Counted from the first letter of the stretch, positions 48,684 through 61,912 are shown. The stretch: DNA of 64,000 nt from Selaginella moellendorffii (GCF_000143415.4 NW_003314265.1:2683181-2747180), one strand, 5' to 3'. Numbers and translations are program-made. The notes: generated from the sequence alone by a model not told the origin.

Positions 48684-48865
48684 TATAAGCAATTTAAGAG
48701 AAAATCCATAGAGATATAAATATAAAGGGAAAGGGCCTATAAATAATAATGCACCCTTTTTTCCAATTGGTTAAAAGTCTTAGGATATTTGAGGTTAAAT
48801 GCCTTTGGGTTTGAGTAGTATTATATTACGTGATCGCCTAAAAAGTCTAAATTCAGGATCTTATA
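48684..48865 (+). mobile_element. Degenerate solo Cassandra LTR
   Basis: Colinear with the 194-bp LTR (aaagggcc...gcaccc.ttttccaat.ggttaa...ttgggtttga.tagta). Flanks cgata/caata fit a CpG-decayed 5-bp TSD. Confidence 0.8.
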
Positions 48866-51800
48866 CAATATTGACCTTTTGCCGTTATGGTAGTAAGGAA
48901 AAAATATCTGAAAAGGACTTGTTAAAAAATAACTTTCAATACCTACATCTTTGTTGATGCATACTTTAATCTAAATCACCACTAAGGAAACAACTTTAGA
49001 AAAAATTCACGGTGTTCACACTTTGTAAAAAGTGCATTAATTTAAATGAGTTAGGGGCTAAATTCTTTGTCTAATGTAAAGGCATTATAACTTAGACACC
49101 TTCAAGTCATCACTGACAAGGAAATAACCAACAAAGTTAGCCACCCTTACTATTCTAGATGTCACATAACTTACAAAAGATGATATACCCTTGTCTCCAA
49201 GTGATATAGAAAGAGAAGTCAAAGGCCCCAACTCTCCTAAACAAATAAATTAACCTATTGGTAAGGTTTATATAGACTACTATAAAAAGGTAATTAGGGT
49301 TGTTTACACAATTATACCTTTTTTAACAGAATAAAGAATATTGAGAGAGAGGTAGGTTATATAATCAATTGAGAATAATTATCTTATGAATAAAGATTTC
49401 ACCATTTATACGAAGTGCCGAAGTTAGTCTTGACTTTATTGGCCCAAACTTGAAGAGTAATAGATGGATTTATAAACAAAAATATTTTAGAGATAACAAA
49501 TTATCAATGAATAAAGTTTAGGTTAAAACACAAGAGTAATCCAATTAAGTTATCAACCGATAAATCAATATAGTAAAGGAACCACCAAGATTATAATAGT
49601 TTAAAAGCATTAGATTAACCATCTAACAAAATTTAATAGCAACTATATCATCAAAAAAACTCAATTATAAAACAACTACTAAAGATTGTAGATAGCATGC
49701 TAAAAACTTATGAAAGATAACTCAAAGAACACAAAGTATCATTGACCAATAAAAAAAATGCTCATGAATATATCACTTCTTAATCTTAACATCTTAATCT
49801 ACTTTAACAACAATCAATAGAACAAAATAAAAGTTGCAAGGGATAACAAACACTTGGTCATTTCAATCATCACACTACCCAATTTAAATAAATCCTAGTC
49901 AACAATACTAAAGAATCAAAGTTTATTATTAATATCTCAAACCTAAGAAACTAATCTAGAACAAACCACAAAGAACATGTGATAATACAGAAAGCTAAAA
50001 GCTATCAAAAGAGAATAATTAACCATTATAAAAGATTATCAATCATCCTATTAATATAGAGATGCATAATTATCATCAAATAAATAATCCATCATCCCGA
50101 AGAACAAAAAATTAATTCAACATCAACAATAATCAAATAAAATCATTGACAAGGATAATCAACTATCCTAGATGATAGTCAACCATCACCAATGATCGTC
50201 AGATATGAATACCAACTTAAATATTGAAACTAATGATCGAAAATGCCTTCTTAGATAACTTCTAATAAATGGAATAATGAGCATGAAAACTCAAAAAACT
50301 AAAAGCTTGAAGAAGCTTATAACCAAGTTTCACCTAATAATGAATATGAGTCTCGCATAAACCAACTTCAATACCAAAGAAAAAATCATAATACAACCCA
50401 TAATATCCTACTTAACATATCCATAAACTAAACTTCATAATGCAAAAGTGAATGAAGAATATGTCTACATCAATTCAAAAGCCAAGTAAAAAAAATTATA
50501 CTCAACAAGTGATCACCAAACGATCTTTAATGAATCTATTCTTTATAGCAAAATATATAACTCACTTCATAACAAGTACAAGAAGAATTATTAATGATCA
50601 ATATAAAATCCAATAAGGATCTAACAATTCCAATAGATCCCTAAGTCTTTCTCTTATGAAGCTAGTATAATTCATGATGAAATCACTTTTCAAAGAAAAG
50701 CCAAAGCCCAACCTCTACTAAATAATCTTGTCTAAACCACAACTATCTCAATTTGTCACTCAATTGATTTAAACGTTATCATAATTGCTAACTAGCAAAA
50801 TGTACGAATGCTAATAACATAAAGGTATAGTTAACTATCAATACCATCTTTATTAAGACTAGTGAAATTAAATATTAATCTCCATTAAACCCAATTGTTC
50901 ACCAACTATCTAAATCACTACAAATAAAAAATCCAACTTTCTTAATATACTTATGGAGATAATAACTCATTTCACTTCACTCTGAACTCTAATAATGTCA
51001 ATATTATAACATCACTTCAATATTATGAACACTGAAACAAAACTAAAAGAAAGCAAGAGTGAATCACCACTTAACACTCTTTAACAACCAAACTAACCAA
51101 GGTTGAAGATACTAAACTTAGTATCTAAGACCAATCCTTTAATAATACTCAACTATAAATAACACATAATCAAAGAGTGAATCATCACATCTAAGATTTA
51201 ATGTAATCCAATACTATAGACTAAATGAAACCAAACAATATCAACAAAGGTAGAATTAATATGCCAACATGAAAAATCATAAAATCCCAAAAATATGATC
51301 CTTTGTAATACCACTTAGTAAGCAATCCTATCACTACTTAATTATTATCAAGGAAAGCAATTATCAACAATCCTCGATGAAGTCTACAAGTAACCACTAG
51401 TTACCAAGAAACCATTAATCATTTTTCAACTTGCCTTAATAAGACTAAATCACTAAACTTACATCATCGAGTCATATATTTGTTCAATAGAAAAGTAATA
51501 CCCTAGGTATAACATATAGGAATATGGACAAGTACAGCTACTAGAATCCAATCAAACAACAATAACACATCTAATTAACAGCCCTAAGCATAACTGAAGA
51601 GGTTAACTATACATAATCAATACTTAGTCAAAACTAAAGTGAAAACCATAAAATAGACTCATATAGTACACAACTTCTTAATAGACAAAACTACAATATG
51701 AGTATTAACACCTCAATAACAACAATTAAATTGGACATCATTATCTTTAGTCAAGGAGCAAAGCCATCAAAACAAAGTCAAGATTAATGTGAGTTCACTA

Positions 51801-52041
51801 CTCTTATAGAGTTTAATAAAATGTAAAATGCAACCTGCTACAAAGCATAATGCTATAGAAAAAAGGCACAAGAGTCACCACTCTAGAAAAAGTGCAATAG
51901 CCATTTTTTTATGCCAACTCTAGACTCTGTCTAACCCCAAAAGTTAAAAGCTCTTTCAAACTATAAAAAATAAAATGGTTTTTAAGCAAAATAATTAACA
52001 AATCAGCCATTGGAAAAGTCTAAAATAAATTTGTGGAAAAC

Positions 52042-53808
52042 TATAGCGCATGTGATCATGGGATGAGATTTGGATATACTGTCACCATGGATCCTTGGAA
52101 CCTTGGGGGATAAAATGGGGATAAAATAGCCACTAAGGGCTCTCTCATCAAGCAATTGCCCCTTTTCCAGTTGGCTTAAGGGGAGAGAGATAAGGTGCGC
52201 TACAGTTGGTAAATGTAGCGCATGTGGTTTTGACCCTTTATCCTATGGTGATTTACCATAAGATAACACCACGAAGCGGAACCTAAACCCTCTTTGTGCT
52301 ATGTGACAGATGCCATGTGTCACATGCCACATGTTCATGCCACGTGTCCATAGGAACCCGAGGTTTAGGGCCTTAGGCCACTAAACGAAGGAACGGTGCC
52401 AAACTCCCAAGCACGGAGCCAAGGAGTGACGGAACTGAACCACGGAACAACTCCTGAGCATATAGGCCAAGGAGCGAAGGGATAGGAGCCCGGAGCGACT
52501 TGGAACAGTCCTAGAGCAACCAGCATCCCAATGCCAGGACCAGCATGCAAAACGGAGCTAAACGGAGTCTGGCGCTATTTCGGCATACCGGTGGCCTAAC
52601 GCGAGGATATAGGTACTCTACCAGCTAGCATGGAATGGAACTTGGGCTTAGACCCAAGCCAGACACAGAACAAGGACAGGCACGCAAGCGGGAGCTAGAC
52701 TATGCCCCTCCCCCCCCCTTGAGGAACACACACTTTGGGCTTTCACCCTAAGCCTTCTTTAGTATCAAGAGTTAGTATCTGGGACAAGCTTGAAACTTAC
52801 TAAATATGGAATGTTCCTAGATTGCAAATTTGGACACGGGACGAACACCATTGTGTTCAGGACGATTTCTACATTCTGTAGATATGCCAAATGAGCAAAT
52901 CTGGACACTTTCCATAAATAGCATTTGCGACCGAAATGAGACTAACATAAAGGGCATGATAGCAAGGGTGTTTGGCAGACACGGTAAGCTATCATGTAGC
53001 GATATTGAGGGACTAATCTCAATATGCGAGGTTCTTGTCACTAGCAAGTGCAAGACAAAACGAGACGGGAACTCCTTACCGGGCTAAGTATGCTTAGCTA
53101 ATAACACGTAGGAATTCCGTCTTTATGCTCGTCCGGTCTAAGTACACTCGAAATGCCTAGTTAACTCCACTATCACAAGAGGGACTGATAAAGGGTCTAG
53201 CAATACTGACCTCCTGCCATTGTGGCAGTAAGGTAAGAGTGTCCGTAAGGACTGGTCGACGAGTAACTTTCGATACCCGAAGTCATATTTGCGACATGGT
53301 ATTAGAGAAAATGGCACGGGTTCGATTCCCATTGATTAGTGGCTACCTAAAATATAATATACCCTTGAGCAAGGTATATTCCTACCCCTAAATTTGAAAA
53401 ATCGTACGTATGGGACATCCATGCGTACGTCCTTCCTCTTGTGTGGAGTATCCACGGACGAAGGTATCCACCGTGGGACTGCGGTACGGGTGGATGACTA
53501 GTTGCCTCACATGGAATAGCTGGTCTACACAATGGAAGAATTGGTAGATTTAGTGCGGAAATGGAGGTGCTGATTCCCCTTGGCTCAATAGGGGTTGTTA
53601 GTCAATAGTCAATGAGGACATTGACATCTCTGAAGGGGGGGTGAGTGTAGCGCATGTGATCATGGGATGAGATTTGGATATACTGTCACCGTGGATCCTT
53701 GGAACCTTGGGGGATAAAATGGGGATAAAATAGCCACTAAGGGCTCTCTCATCAAGCAATTGCCCCTTTTCCAATTGGTTTAAGGGGAGAGAGATAAGAT
53801 GCGCTACA
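52042..53808 (+). mobile_element. TRIM family C copy 1 (~163-bp LTRs), interrupted in its PBS by a family B solo LTR
   Basis: LTRs at 52042-52204 and 53646-53808. TSD AAAAC at 52037-52041 and 53809-53813. PPT GAAGGGGGGGTGAG precedes LTR2. Confidence 0.92.
52214..53296 (-). mobile_element. Family B solo LTR (~1.08 kb)
   Basis: TG...CA ends and reverse complement of 57104-58166. TSD TGGTA at 52207-52211 and 53297-53301, with an extra AA at 52212-52213. Confidence 0.9.
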
Positions 53809-55304
53809 AAAACTTCCATCCTAGAGAAAGAATAACTTTTTGTCCAAGAATGCAAATTCTCAAGACTCTTTTACCTGTAACTTAATATAAGTTCACCTTA
53901 ACATAAATTCTTATGATCCATTAGTATGCCTAAACATCTAACATCATACCCTTATTTCAACCAACATTCACGAATAATAATAAATACCCAAAAATATGAT
54001 CATAAATACTATATCTTTGGATATCTATATCACATTAACACTTTCTTCAATCATCTTAAAAATCAAATGTAAAGCCAAAACATTAACAAAAAAAAAATGA
54101 TATGAAAAATCAAGCTTCAAGGAAAACTCCTTATCATTCGACATATCAAGCCACTTCCATTAACACAAATGTTAACAATGCCAATATCTCAAATACACAT
54201 TTTTTTCCATCTAATAATCTATTCCATGTGTTAACAGATAAACTAACAAGCTATAGCAAATGAATGTTACAACTTTTTCAAAATTCAATAAGCAAACTCT
54301 CAAAAAACCAAGGTACCAACACTAATTTAGCATATAATGAACTACCATCAAGAACCAAGTTAAAGCTACTACAATGCTACTATGTGCAAATAGATTAGCA
54401 TTACTATCAACCACTTTAAGGTTGATTATCATTTGACCAAGCAACTTCATAAACACACTACTTATAATTATAAGGGTATAATATAAAAATCACAATGACT
54501 TGATCATCAATTGAGAAATACTATGAGCAATACTCATGTCACTACTACAAAGATTTATATGAGTATCAAGTGCCAACTCAATTCAACAAAATGCAATATA
54601 AATGTCATATTCACAGATAAAAATTTATAACACTTAACACCATAAACTTTATTCATGATATAGATAAGTTTATATCACTCTCTTTCTGACAAAACTTAAA
54701 ATAAATCCAACACCAAGCTACTCAAGGAAAAATAATAAAGTTTATCAAAAAACAATTTAAGCATTGCAACCCAAACCTTTTAATAGCAAGCTTAAGCAAA
54801 ATGGTTTAGCGCTTCACCACTATCCATCTCATAACTCACCACTTGTAAGACCATAATAACTAACATAGATTAAATAGGAATTCTCAATTGCATGATATGA
54901 ATACAAGCAATGAAATCACACTTCGTTGCCAAATTATCTCTCCCAAAAGAGTAAATGATTTACATGTTTGATCCTTATCCCTAATAACTTTCTATTTGGT
55001 CTCATCTTGACTTAACCTCAAGCTCGCATTTACAATTCACTTTAAGAAAAGTTTATAAGAGAGTATAGTAATGACTACTTAAACTAATAGACTAATCCCT
55101 ATATTTTAATTGATCCACTCATAATCATATCTAGGAAAGATCTTCTAGTGTCATACTAAACAACTATGGATTAACCTATTCACCACTCATAGCAAACCTA
55201 GGGAAGGTTTACTTTTACCCATAATATATATAACAACTTATATGATATGCTAACATTAATCTTGTCAACTCAAAGCATAACCTTAAGTTACTAATATGCC
55301 TCAC

Positions 55305-57103
55305 TATAGCGCACTTGAATTTGGAGCCGAACTCCAAGCCTGTTGCGTTACAAAACGAGGGTCTGGTACAATCCCATGAGCACCAGCTCCCCGTATCTAG
55401 CACCTTCACGCAAAATGGTGTCAGATGGAGTCTGGCACAATTTTGGCATATCAGTGGCCTAATGCGAGGAGAAGGGTACCCCACCAACTAGAGCAGCGTG
55501 GAGCTTAGGCTTAGACCTAAGCCAGATGCAGAACAAGGAGCAACACAGCCTAGCAGGAGCCAAACTAATGTCTCAGGTGGTTAGACATGCATTCGAACCA
55601 CTACCCCTACTATACATTTGGAACCCCCCACATCCCCCCCTGAGGAATACACGCTTTGGGCTTTCACCCCAAGCCTCCCTTAATACCAGGAGTTAGTCTC
55701 TGGGACAAGCTCAAAACTTATTAAATATGGAATGGCGCTAAATTATGAATTTGGACATGGGACAAACACCATTGTGTTTATGCCAATCTCTACATTCCGT
55801 AGATATGCCAAATGAACAAATCTAGACACTTTCCATAATTAGCATTTAGGACCAGAATGAGACTAACACAAAGGGCGTGATAGTAAAGGTGTTTGGCAGA
55901 CACGGTAAGCTATCATCTAACGAATATTGAGGAACTAGTCTTAATATCGCAGGGGTTCCCAACACTAGCAAGTGCAAATCAGCATCATGAGTTTCTCGTC
56001 ACCGTGTCAAGTATGCTTGACTTAATGACAACTTAGGATTTCCTTCCTTAGTGCCCTTTTGGTCTAAGTGTACATGTGCTGACCATTTTCTCAACTAGCT
56101 TGGGTGGAGACCATAAAGGGAACCAACAGTATCGACCTCTTGCCATCGTGGCAGTAAGGAGAGAGTGTCTGTAAGGACTAGCCGACAAATATCTTTCAAT
56201 ACCCAAAGTCACATTTGCGACACTCTCCCCCCCTGTAACGCACCTTATCTCTCTCCCCTTAAGCCAATTGGAAAAAGGGCAATTGCTTGATGAGAGAGCC
56301 CTTAGTGGCTATTTTATCCCCATTTATCCCCCAAGGTTCCAAGGATCCACGGTGACAGTATATCCAAATCTCATCCCATGATCACATGCGCTACACTCAC
56401 CCCCCCTTCAGAGATGTCAATGTCCTCATTGATTATTGACTAACAACCCCTACTGAGCCAAGGGGAACCAACACCTCCATTTCCGCACTCAATCTACCAA
56501 TCCTTCCATTATGTAGACCAGCTATTCCATGTGAGGCAACTAGTCATCCACCCGTACCGCAGTCCCACGGTGGATACCTTCGTCCGTGGATACTCCACAC
56601 AAGAGGAAGGACATACGCATGGATGCCCAATACGTACGATTTCAAATTTAGGGGTAGGAATATACCTTGCTCAAGGGTATATTATACTTTTAAGTAGCCA
56701 CTAATCAATGGGAATCAAACCCGTGCCATTTTCTCTGATACCAACTGTAGCGCACCTTATCTCTCTCCCCTTAAGCCAACTGAAAAAGGGGCAATTGCTT
56801 GATGAGAGAGCCCTTAGTGGCTATTTTATCCCCATTTATCCCCCAAGGTTCCAAGGATCCATGGTGACAGTATATCCAAATCTCATCCCATGATCACATG
56901 CGCTACACGCCCTTAGGGAAGATCGATGTCCTCGTCGATGTATACTCGAGTCCAGCAAACCGTCAAGGAAACAACTCCAAAAGTTAACGAAAAGCACACT
57001 ATGTGGGAAACACACCAACTTAAATGAGTTATGAAATAACTTCTCCTCTACGTCCAAAGATGTTAAAACTTAGACACCCTCTAGCCGTCATTGACAAGGA
57101 AAT
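55305..57103 (-). mobile_element. Family B element 3' end: LTR 55305-56222, PPT, and a short internal remnant at 56908-57103
   Basis: The LTR is homologous to 52214-53296 and ends ...TTTGCGACA, followed by CTCTCCCCC (the PPT on the minus strand). The internal remnant is cut by the next B copy. Confidence 0.8.
56234..56907 (-). mobile_element. TRIM family C copy 2 (674 bp, structurally complete)
   Basis: 162-bp LTRs at 56234-56395 and 56746-56907. PBS TGGTATCAGAG (minus strand) at 56733-56743 and PPT at ~56396-56410. Flanks CCCCC/CGCCC form a TSD with one mismatch. Confidence 0.92.
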
Positions 57104-59719
57104 TGTCGCGAATGTGACTTCGAGTATCGAAAGTTACCTGTCGGCCAGTCCTTACGGACACTCTTACCTTACTGCCACGATGGCAAGAGGTCGGTATTGC
57201 TGGACCCGTTATCAATTTCCCACTTGAGCTAGTTGAGAAACTGGTCAATGACCATGCACTTAGATTGGATAAATATAAGGTAGGAACCCTATGTGTTTCT
57301 TGCTAAGCATACTCGGCTTGGTTTGAGAAACTTGAGTCATTGGCTTGCACTTGCTAGTATCAAGAACCCTCGCGATATTGAGATTAGTCCCTCAATATTC
57401 GCTAGATGATAGCTTACCGTGTTTGCCAAACACCCTCGCTATCATGCCCTTTGTGTTAATCTCATTTCGGTCCCAGATGCTAATTATGGAAAGTGTTTGG
57501 ACTTGCTCATTTGGCATATCTATGGAATGTAGAGATCAGCCTGAACACAATGGTGTTTGTCCCATGTCCAAATTCGCAATCTAACACCATTCCATATTTA
57601 GTTGTGGGGGTTGTGGGGGTGTTCCAAATGTATAGTAGGGATAGGGGGTAGGTCGAGCATGGCCGACCAACCTGAGGCATAGCCTAGCTCCCGCTTGCGT
57701 GCCTGTCCTTGTTCTGTGTCCGGCTTGGGCCTAAGCCCAAATTCCACACCATGCTAGCTGGTGGAGTACCCATGTCCTCGCGTTAGGCCACCGGTATGCC
57801 GAAATAGCGCCAGACTCCGTTTGGCTCCGTTTTGTGTGCTGGTTTTGGCATTGGGATGCTGGTTGCTCCAAGACTGTTCCAAATCGCTCCGGGCTTCTGT
57901 CCCTTCGTTCCTTGGGCTTTATGCTTGGGAGTTACTCCGTGGTTTGGTTCCATCACTCCTTGGCTCCACGCTTGGGGGTTTGGCACCATTTCTTCGTTCA
58001 GTGGCCTAAGGCCCTAAACCTCGGGTTCTACACTACGTTCCTTTGGACACGTGGCATGTGACACATGGCTCTATCACGTGGCACAAAGAGGGTTTAGGTT
58101 TCGCTTCGTGGTGTTATCCTATAGTAAATCACCATAGGATAGAAGGTCAAAACCACGTGCACTACATTTGGTATCAGAGGATGAGTCTCGGTGAGTACTA
58201 TCCAATGAGATTGGGCAACTAGTCTCATTGCATACGCAGAGATGAAAACGATGATTCGAGTGGGTACACATTTGGGTGCAAAGGCTTTGCAATCGTTCCT
58301 TGGGTATGGAATTTGGTTACCTTTCGTACTAGATTGTATGAGCTTTCGCTTGGGCTCATAGGAAGGATTAAGTTGTTCCATTCACATGAGTTTGAGCTTG
58401 GGCTCATGAGTGAGGCACATTAGCAACTCAAGGTTACACTTTGAGTTGGCAGGATTAATGTTAGTCTATTAGTGGTTCCGTGAGTTGTTTCATATACCAT
58501 GGGTTTAAGTAAACCTTCCCTGGGTTTGCTATGAGTGGCAAATAGGCTGGTCTGTAACTTTTTAGCATGGCACTAGTGGATCCTTCCTTGGCATGATTAC
58601 AAGTGGATCAATCAAGATTGTAGGGATTAGTCTATTGATTCAAGTAATCATTGCCGTGTTCTCTCATAAACTTTTCTTGGATTGGACTGAGGGCAGTGCG
58701 AAAACAAGCTTGAGGTTTAGTCAAAGATGAGACCGAAAAGAGAGTCGTCAGGGACGAAGGATCAAACACGTAAATCATCTCCTCTTCTTGGAGAGATGAT
58801 TTGCAACAAGATGTGACTCATTGCTCATGTTCATGGTATGCAATCAAGGGTCCTTACCTTGATGCATGTTGGAAATGATGGTTTTACAAGTGGTGAGTTA
58901 TGGGATGGATAGCGGTGAAGCGTTAAACCATTTTGTCTAAACTTGCTATTGGAAGACTTGAATTGCAATGTTCAATTCTTTTCCGGGGAACCTTGCTATT
59001 GCTCCTTGAGTAGCTTGGTGTTGGATTAGTTTTGAGTTTGGTCGGAAAGAGAGTGGCATGAGCTTGTCCATGTTGTTAATAAAAGTTAGTGGTATTTAGT
59101 GTTATAAAGCTCTATCGGTAGAGTGTGGCATTTATGTTACATTTTGTTGAATTGAGTTGACACTTGATACCCACATAAACTTTTGAAGTAGTGACATTGG
59201 CATTGCTTGTGGTGTTACTCAATTGATGATCAAGTCATTGTGACGCTTATATCATATCCATGTGATAGTGAGCAATGTGTTTATGAAATTGCTTGGGTAA
59301 ACGATGATCAACCCCAAGGTGGTTGATGGTGAAGCTAGTCTACTTGCACGAAGTAGCATTATAGTAGCTTTGACTGGATTCTCAATGATGGTCTATTATG
59401 CTATGCTTAAGTTGGTACCTTGTTTCCTAAGGGTTTGCCCATAAGATGTTGGAAAAAGGGTTGTAGCATTCATTTGCTATAGTTCATCGGTTGATTCGTT
59501 AGCACTTGGAGTAGATTATTGGATGGAGAAAATGTGTAGTTGAGGCATTAACATCACTAGCACTTGTGTTAGTGGAAGTGGCATTACTATTTCAAGTGAT
59601 GAGGAATTTTCCTTAAATCTTGATTTTTCATGTCATTTTTCTTAATGTTTTGACTTCACATTATATCTTGAAGGTGGTTGAAGAAGAGTGTTAGTGTAAT
59701 GTGAATATCCAAAGATGTG

Positions 59720-60220
59720 TGTGAGACACAAAATCCCTAGGCCCCAAAGTGGAGCCGGAAAGGGTGCCACGTGGTAGTGGCTGAAGCGAGAGCCAAACGA
59801 GCGTAACACGTTTGGACCAAAAGCTCTGACTTGAAAAGTCAAGAGCGGGAGTGGAACTCCCAACGAAGTGCTCGAGGAACGAGCACGAAGCGAGCAAAAA
59901 GCAAGGCTCCAAAAAGGGACCCAAAAGGACCAACACATGACACGTGGAAGTGTCCGAGATGGACTCGAGTTGGAGTCCGAAGTGGAGTCCGAGATGGACT
60001 CGAGTTGGAGTCCGAAGTGGAGTCCGAGATGGACCCGAGTTGGAGTCCGAAATGGAGTCCGAGATGGACCTGAGATGGAGTCCGAGATGGAGTCCGAGAT
60101 GGACTCGAGATGGAGTCCGAGATGGAGTCCGAGGTGGACCCAAGATGGACCCGAAATGGAGTCCGAGATGGAGTCCGAGATGGAGTCCGAGATGGAGTCC
60201 GAAGTCGAGACTGAGACCGG

Positions 60221-60258
<38 letters not shown>

Positions 60259-61377
60259 TCGGGACCGAGACCGAGACCGAGGCCGAGGCCGAGGCCGAGA
60301 CCGAGCCCGAGCCTGAGCCTGAGCCCGAGTCCGAGTCCGAGTCCGAGTCCGAGTCCGAGTCCGAGTCCGAGTCCAGAGCCTGAGAGGGTGAAAGCCCAAA
60401 GCGTTTGTCTCCCAGACCCTGGGGGGTTTGGTGAGCTCCAAAAGTATAGTAGGGGGAGGACTGCAGTGGAGCCAGTTTGGCCAGGAAAGGCCAGTTTGGC
60501 CCAGGAAGGTCGGACCCAGTGTTGGGTGATGAGTTGCCCACTGGGAAGTCCAAGACTAGAGTGAACACAGACCGACAAGCGGGGTAGCTTGGTGAAGTGT
60601 TCAAGAGCCGGCTCTAGTTCCCCCGGGAGATCGACTGGCCGATGCTCCCAGTCCAAGTGTGGGTGGCACTACCTACTTGGATACCTGGTGTGGCTCAACG
60701 GAACCCGCTCTAAGCCCATGGCTAGAGCACCCAAGGGCAGAAGGCGAGGAGAGTACCCAGGTGGCTCGCGTAAGGCCATGGTGTTCCGAAATGTTGTCCC
60801 AAAGGCCCAGACTGTGGAAAGGAAGAGGAGCAGTCCTCTGGGGTAGTGACCAAGGACACAGTCGTGTGGTGAGGAAGTCCCAGAGGACCGTGGGACTTAG
60901 TGGTCGGGCCTGAAGTCTCGATCCAGTGGCAGTGTTGGCAAACACGGCTAGGGGCAGAAAGGGACTTAGTGGGGACTGACAGAGGGATATTGGGGAAGGC
61001 TATTCCCCTTGTCGGTGGGCATCCTAAGGATGCTAAGGAGTGGATCTGAGATGACCACTCACGGATGGTTTGCCTAGTCTTGGAGAGCCAAGACGGTGAT
61101 GCAAGTGGTATTGGACTACCAGTGTGGCAAAGGTGATTGGGCATGGCCTTAGCGTAACGGGCTGCTATGTCGGTGGTACCTTTGAGTGTCGGTCATGGGA
61201 TCGGACACGTGGAGCACTTGGACCAAGTGCAAATGTTGAGTGGCATGGATGCCATTCTCGGGGCTAGCAAGTCCCAAGTCCTGGATTGGACTTATGGAGG
61301 TTGTGAATGAGACTCCTCCAAGTGGTCAGAGGTGTGGTTAAGTGACTAAAGTAGAATGGAAAATTTAGTCGCTTACA
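59720..61377 (+). mobile_element. Family A solo LTR (1658 bp)
   Basis: TGTGAGAC...GCTTACA ends, with TSD ATGTG at 59715-59719 and 61378-61382. Confidence 0.93.
59952..60375 (+). repeat. Compound 6/12-mer tandem repeat inside the family A LTR
   Basis: (GAGATGGAGTCC)n grading into (GAGACC)n, (GAGGCC)n, (GAGCCY)n and (GAGTCC)n. A shorter decayed counterpart lies at ~44635-44850. Confidence 0.95.
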
Positions 61378-61912
61378 ATGTGGTCTTCGTGATCAAGCCT
61401 TGGATGTTCACTTTGCATTTTTGCAGATGCTGGTGTTAGATATCAGAAAAATGGGCAAAAATGTTTGAGGCTTAAGCATACTAAAGCTCTATTTTGTTAA
61501 AGTGGGAATTGTCATTATCCCACTTGTAAAATAAGGTTTCCAAACCTTTATATAGTATATAAATATAACAAAATTCAACTGCATTGAGGCACATGCCATT
61601 TTATTTTAAACAAGGAAATGTCTACTCAATCACTTCTCCTCCCCCTGCCACTGCTTCACCTCTCTCTTCTCCTTGTCATCGTCGTCCAATTTCTTTCCAT
61701 CCTTTTAATATTGGCTTAGTTGCTCCGAGTCTAGGTGGAACCCAAGTCCCCATTCAATCTTTACTTTCCCCTTATTAATAAAACAACTTCATAAACTTCC
61801 AATAACATGCTGTAAATGCAAATCCTCTCAAAGAATTGTCTTTTAATATTAATACAATGGCATGGAACCCCATGCCATAATAAGTTACATTTTTAAATAA
61901 ATACATGCCATC

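Larger units (their letters stand above)
47872..55304 (-). mobile_element. Old, heavily mutated family B LTR retroelement (3' LTR ~47872-48960 plus internal region) hosting nested insertions
   Basis: The LTR resembles 52214-53296. Segment 49000-49130 resembles 56950-57103, and 53815-55304 is a reverse-complement homolog of ~58410-59719 plus 61383-61560. No ORFs remain. Confidence 0.75.
57104..61560 (+). mobile_element. Family B element 5' part: LTR 57104-58166, PBS, and degenerate internal region interrupted by a family A solo LTR
   Basis: TGTCGC...CACTACA, then TT-TGGTATCAGAG (initiator tRNA-Met PBS). The internal region has no long ORF, and homology to the older copy resumes after 61382. 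Confidence 0.85.

Noticed and set aside
59642-60656. Protein-coding ORFs of 170-321 aa
   Set aside because: Produced by a stop-free hexamer repeat inside a solo LTR.
61857-61878. Helitron 3' hairpin
   Set aside because: No CTRR terminus at the expected distance on either strand.
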